A stretch of 47,928 nucleotides of DNA, from NCBI GenBank assembly GCA_910592345.1, contig CAJVPI010000156.1:1-47928 (forward strand), given 5' to 3'. Made by a program: the position numbers and the translations under genes. The notes beneath the pieces are model-generated. The model did no database searches. It saw only the letters and a list, made by a program, of their open reading frames with translations, and was not told where the DNA came from. Origin of the DNA: Paraglomus brasilianum. Lineage: Eukaryota. Positions 42,278-47,928 of the stretch are shown here, one piece after another. Positions within the stretch are counted from its first letter, which is position 1; each line of letters starts with the position of its first letter.

Positions 42278-44580
42278 TTCAGCATAATACTACTAGTTCT
42301 AACAAGTAGACCATATGTACATATAAACAAGTATATAATCGATGGATCAAATCATCAGGAAATCAGAGTGAAAAGTTTTCTTCACATTTAAGAATTGCAC
42401 CATGTAAGTGTTAATAAGTATGGTGTGATTTTCAATTGTTACGTTCTGATCTTTAAGTGAATATCTGAAAAATGTTGATGAACCATTTTATGTATTGGAA
42501 TGCAGATGTCTTAGAAAATACAGGTAAAAGTTTTTGCATGCTAAAACATTTTATAAAACGTGCTCCGGATTTAGTTCCCTCGTCTCGCCCAGTTTATTTA
42601 AACGATCGGATTAGCTGTCGGTTAATAGTATCCATCACTGTTCCAATTTTGGAATAGACCAAAGCGAAGTTCAATATTTATTCGCCCCGAACAACTTATC
42701 CAACATATATCTTTGATCACGCTATCACACTAGTACATTTGGCCAACACTACATATACTAATACAGTACACTTTATACGGGTCCGGTTCATTTCATGACA
42801 CCGACAGTACGTTTCACCGACATAAATTTCATCGAAAACCAATGATAAGTGCGATAAACAATGTGTCACGTGAAATGACTGTCGGTGAAGGTTCTCAGAA
42901 TATAAAGAAAATGTTACAACCCCCACTGCCCGTTCTGTAATTGTAAATTGAAAGCACATAGTAATAGTTATACATGCTCTTTATTGATCGTAATTACCTA
43001 ATGTTATCTTGGTAACTTTGGAGAGCTAGAATTCGTAAAATAACTATATTTTCACTTGCCGAAAATTTTATCCAACTCCCATTGAGTAATTTTAAAGTAT
43101 TGTGTGCAAGATAGACTTTTTTATAATGCTCTTATTGAACAATCGGAAACGCGTGTAAACACGTCCAAATAACGCACTCGCTTAGCCCTTTAACGTTCTT
43201 CAAGCATACGAAAAAATGTCTGTGCCAAACAATGATAAGGGAATAAGAAACCTGATTTTGATATAACACAACGAATTTTTGTATGGCGCGCTGTTTCGAA
43301 ATGTAGTTGCTACGGGAAGATTTGTTAGTATTATAGAACTGCATGAGCAAAACTCGTCTCTAATTCTTTCTAGCGATTGCAACTCTCAATATCACGGATG
43401 TGAAAGTTCAATGTCAAAAACAAGTGTGATGCGAAACGCAAAAAAGGCGAAAATCTGCATATACAGTAATTAGTCATATTCTAATGTCAGAGGTTAGGAA
43501 TATACTGTATGTCACAAATAAGCTCTTACTTGCTCATTTCCCATTCTTCAATTAAGCTTGCGTATAGGACTGAAATTAATTAATTTTTATTATTTGCTGA
43601 ATATGTTTATCATTATTATGGATGCAGTGTTCGATATTCAAAGGCATTGCTAGTAAATGTTTTGACAAGTCAAAATTAGTAAATTGATATTGGTATGTTG
43701 AAAGTTAGAAAAGAATGGTGTCTTCGTAATTTATCTGGTTGGACCCTAAACTAAATTTGTATGGGTTTGTATAAAGGGAGGCATTTATTCAATTTTGGCC
43801 CGAAAAAATCATCAGCGAAAATTACAACGTTCGCCTAGTACATTACTAAGCTTTGAATCAATTAACTCTACATAAATGGAAATCTTTATATAGTTTTTAT
43901 TACATTTGAAATGTGTGTTAACAATAGTTGGCGTAGGAATATATTCTTTCTATCTTGACAACCTTTGAATAAAGCAAACTTCGGTTTAAACAAAGCCTAA
44001 ACCTAATCGTGTTCGATTGGGGACAGAAAACTAAATTTAATTAGGAAAACCTGGTTACTGGCTATTACGAAGTTTTAAATCTGTCAGCTAATAAGAATAT
44101 AACGAAGTTTTTCGATAACGAATTTCATTCCTCTTTTGACGAGAACGTTAGATTGTAGATACTGTTAATCATATTGAAACATTAGAGGAAGAAGAACTTT
44201 TTGAAGAACGATATCGTAACAAGCTCTGAAGCGTTGTTGGGTTGTGATACATACGTAACATGCTTGCATACATCGCACAAAAAAATTATAATTCTGTATA
44301 ATCGCTCTTTCTAATGTAAGGAAAAAAAGCTCTCAAACAGGTGTAGAATTAACACGACAAACTACTCTTGAGGAATACGTGACCTTCAATGTGTAGTACT
44401 AGTCGGTTTATTTTATGTACAGTAAATTTCCATCTGACGAACGTCTTCAATTAATTAAATTTGATTTAGTATTAGTCAAAATTCATTATCATTATATCGA
44501 AATTGGCGGGTAATACAAATGGCACGTGATTGACCTGTTTGTAACGAAGCTACAAGGAAATTGTACAAGACTTCCTTATA

Positions 44581-44666
44581 AAGAGGAAACCTGGATATAA
44601 CGAAACCTGGATATAGTGAAGAAAAGTACTGGAACAGACCACTTTGTTATATCCAGGTTCGCTGTG
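44581..44666. mobile_element. Very short pogo-like MITE remnant
   Basis: AACCTGGATATAACGAA ... TTTGTTATATCCAGGTT inverted pair, a second internal AAACCTGGATATA copy, and TA on both sides; outer bases are degenerate. Confidence 0.55.
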
Positions 44667-45665
44667 TATTTTATTAATTAATTTAGTTTGTGATCCCTTT
44701 TTGAGGAGACTTTACATAGGTAAACTCGACAAGTCGGCTGGGCATGGCTGTCCGACTTATCGAGAGAATTTTAAGAAAAGGGCAGAGAGATTTTGTTCGA
44801 CTTATCAAGTTTTACAGTACATATACCGGCAAAGGACCATTATCACGTTCTCTTTTGTTTCCCAGAAATTGCAAATATATAATATATATAATATATATAA
44901 ATATATATATTAATACAATTTTTTTGAATATCTTTTGTTAAAGTCATCTAATGCCTTGTTGCCCCGATACAGTATAACCTCTCTTGCTACAATATCATAT
45001 TATTATTATGAATTATAACCTATTTGAACGAAATACAGTAATTTATCGAAACAAACTTTTTGTAAGACCAACTGACATATTTTTAAAGAAAACAGCCAAA
45101 TCATTACGTCAAAAAACTAAAAGGCCATGGCTTAATTTTCATTAATGGTGTATTGTCAGTCACTTGGTTTAGATTTTGTTATATTAATATTGCATTTTGC
45201 GTCTTCGTTGTATTGAGCGATTTCGAATCGAAGGCTTCGGAATGGAAGTCTATCGACGACATTTTGAGTTTACAAAAATAGTACCTGGTAATGAAAGTCC
45301 TAAGCCAAAGTATGTGTTTTGTATTGAATTATAACAAACGGACTTGTATTTTGAATCAGGTATGATGGAGACGAAGATCAATTATGTCTTTAGGCAACTC
45401 GACAGCCCAGCCAAAAGAAAACAAAATGGTATTCTAAATAGACCCTTTTTTGGTAAGAAGACGTTTTAATTGCCAAAAGGTAATTCGAAATTCAACCCAT
45501 TGAAGCGAAACAGAATTGCAAGAAAGACGCGGTATCGTTTGAAACGAAAACATTGTTGTGTCCATATTTTACAGTTTCTACCTGGGTTATGCAATGTCAT
45601 TCTTTCTGCAACATATATGTCTACTTATTTACTGACGAGACACCACTATTTGTAATACAATTGTA

Positions 45666-46147
45666 CAGGGGCCTATCAAAAGTCACCGGGCACCCCCAAA
45701 ATTTACTAGTAAAACATATGGAATGTCTTTCTTTTCAAAAATCTCTCTGGCACATGTGTACTATACAAATAATATTTTTTTGTATGGTTCGAAAGCTAAT
45801 TGATTGTGCTTTTCCAAAAAATTAACATAAAATTATATATATTGTTGTTATAAAGTGGTAGCAAGTTGAAATAGCTGTCTTTAAGTCACGATATGAAAAT
45901 CTATAATTATATATGTATAGCACGTATACGCACACTTCGTCAAGTTATTGATTTATAACGATAATATATAAAAATTTTTATGTTAATTTTTTGGAAAAGC
46001 GCAATCAATTAGCTTCCGAACCATGCAAAAGAAAATATTATCTTTCGTATAGTACACATGTGCCGGAGAGATTTTTGAAAAGAAAGACATTCCATATGTT
46101 TTACTGGTAAATTTTGAGGGTGCCGGTGACTTTTGATAGGCCAACTG
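45666..46147. mobile_element. Tc1/mariner-type MITE with ~190-bp terminal inverted repeats
   Basis: TA|CAGGGGCCTATCAAAAGTCACCGG... and ...CCGGTGACTTTTGATAGGCCAACTG|TA. Arms ~45666-45854 and ~45950-46147 align over their length; both ORF-track peptides end FFCMVRKLIDCAFPKN. Confidence 0.92.
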
Positions 46148-46242
46148 TACGTGAGGGGGAAGTGAGTTCACTGCGGATAAATTAAGCTTATCAGTCATCC
46201 CTAACAAAAAATACATTCACATCTTTTAAGATTGTTTATATT

Positions 46243-46935
46243 ATGCCCAAGTCAAAGCGAAGCTGGACCGCTAAGGTATTGTAATCCTCAACTATAATGG
46301 TACACAAGCAAACTATTATGCTAACACCAGTTATTATAATTACCACAGGAAGACAACGAACTGAGAACTTGCGTTAGAAACCTTGGCCCACGATGGGTTA
46401 AAATTTCTTCGATACTCGATGAACGATCCGCAAAAGAATGTGCTGAGAGGTGGGATAAGTGTCAAAGTGACTTTACGGTTTAGTATATTAAACACTAAAT
46501 TGGATAACTATTGCACCCGGGCTGTTGCGACTAATAATACATCTTCAATGCGAATCTTTCAGATGGAATAATTGCCTACGCCCTGGAAGTAAGTCTTACT
46601 AAGCTGTTTATGATAACAGTAAGGCCTCTTCAGTTCTTCCTGATACATACAATCGTTATAAACAACATGCTTATTAAGATGCCTATATTATATATTTGCT
46701 AGTTAATGCTACATCGTTCTCCCTCACTGAGCGCCAAATGATAAAGGAATTTTATAGAATTTATGGACCACAGTGGAGTAGGATTGCGGCAAATCTTCCT
46801 CGTCGCACTTCTCAAATGGTCAAAAATTGCTGGTATTCAATGCGGCGATCAGAAGCCATTAGAATTCGTCAGTCGTCAGAAGCCGAAGCCGTTAGAATTC
46901 ATCAAAAAATGTCTATAAGCCATCTGCTTAATTGA
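46243..46935 (+). CDS. Small two-repeat Myb/SANT DNA-binding protein, 130 aa
   Basis: Exons 46243-46275, 46349-46449, 46563-46588, 46703-46935 give ...SWTAKEDNELRTCVRNLGPRWVKISSILDERSAKECAERWNNCLRPGINATSFSLTERQMIKEFYRIYGPQWSRIAANLPRRTSQMVKNCWYS...KMSISHLLN, with regularly spaced Trp. Confidence 0.9.
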
Positions 46936-46963
46936 TTTATGACGAGTCTACGATTTTATAGTT

Positions 46964-47180
46964 GATATGATATGCTATGATATGCTATGATGTGCTGAGG
47001 TTTTGCATTCTTTATTAACATGATATGATACGATACAATAATAATATGAAGCTAGGATTCTTTATTAAGGTTGTCATAGTTATTTTTTAGATTTTTTTGG
47101 GGGGTTTTCGGTAATCAGGAGCGATAGAGTAAAATATGATATGATACGATATGATAACTACAGTTTGATATGATATGATA
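46964..47180. repeat. Clusters of degenerate (GATAT)n pentamer repeats 3' of the Myb gene
   Basis: gatatgatatgctatgatatgctatg at 46964; further runs near 47021, 47134 and 47167. Confidence 0.7.
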
Positions 47181-47844
47181 AGAAAATAAACTTTTCAAAG
47201 AAAACTTGGGGGATGGAAATGGTTTATTATGTATACCCTGACATCAAAGCTACAATACGTGCTAAAGTTGATTTATATTCTTGTGCAATTTATGGCGTTG
47301 TGATGTAACGTAACCATGCAGGAGTCAAAGTTCGTAGTCTTTGCCGTCTGACAGATTCAAATTACGATTAACCGCTAGTTGTTTTCGTTCAGCGGAGCAC
47401 GCACATATAGGTTGTTTATTACAAGTAAATGATGCTTTCCATCAACTAATTTTAATCTCCGTCATTTTTAATACTACCAATATCCACGATCATTTCAACT
47501 AAAGATTGTTTGCACATATCTTTCATTATTCCTTTAGCGTCGTACACAGGCGTTTGTAATGACATAAATGGTTTAGCTTGTATGCAAGAAAAACACCTGC
47601 TTACCTATTAGATAAGGCATGCGTGAACAGCGCTTTCCAAAGAGGCGGTCAAACTCTTATCATTTTTCTAAGAGTTGAGTTGTGTTATTGAACTATCCTG
47701 TATAAATAATGGTCAATATTTGTGTTCATTCTCTTCTTGCCGCTGGTATAGCAGTAACGGTTGTAACGCTCATCATTGTCATCGGCTTGCTGAAGAGAAA
47801 GAATTATCCTCCACGAACAGTATGGTATGCAAATTTTATAAGTA

Positions 47845-47928
47845 CAGTCAAACCTCTCTAAATGCACGTCGTCGGGACCGACGATGCGCTTGCATTTATG
47901 GAGAGCGTGCATTTAGAGAACGCCAATC
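47845..47928. mobile_element. Left end of a pogo/Tigger-like element, cut by the window edge
   Basis: TA|CAGTCAAACCTCTCTAAATGCAC, then GGGACC and inverted subterminal copies (TGCATTTA, GTGCATTTAGAGA). Same layout as the 19527 element. Confidence 0.75.

Noticed and set aside
44968..44990. TACAGTATAACCTCTC, resembling a pogo-like left end
   Set aside because: No matching right end found; too short to call.
45553..46216. Two ORFs sharing the C-terminus FFCMVRKLIDCAFPKN
   Set aside because: Artefact of the MITE's inverted repeats; no transposase motifs.

Overview
Intron-rich, AT-rich eukaryotic DNA from an early-diverging fungus. The gene content and a helical-domain/kinase/Sel1 gene suggest Glomeromycotina, but this is inference. 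I built eight intact spliced gene models by hand, checking GT-AG boundaries and reading frame: a Pho4/NUC-1-type bHLH factor (+), a Mit1/CHD-type PHD-chromo-SNF2 remodeler (-), a Cys-rich single-pass SH3 membrane protein (+), a helical-bundle/pseudokinase/Sel1 protein (+), LYRM2 (-, absent from the ORF track), a PPN1-like metallophosphoesterase (-), Rsc9/ARID2 (+) and a minimal two-repeat Myb (+). The intergenic DNA holds two nonsense-disrupted pseudogenes and several TA-flanked Tc1/mariner- or pogo-type MITEs, one nested inside another and one 95 bp upstream of the Myb start. The three most unusual observations are: (1) a ~480 bp patchwork downstream of the Pho4-like gene, made of four shuffled, partly inverted copies of that gene's own upstream region; (2) an MLKL-like architecture (N-terminal helical domain plus a dead kinase) fused to Sel1 repeats; (3) S/P/Q-rich tandem repeats in both chromatin remodelers, at positions where homologs are expected to carry zinc fingers. 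No database searches were run; family calls rest on motif recognition.
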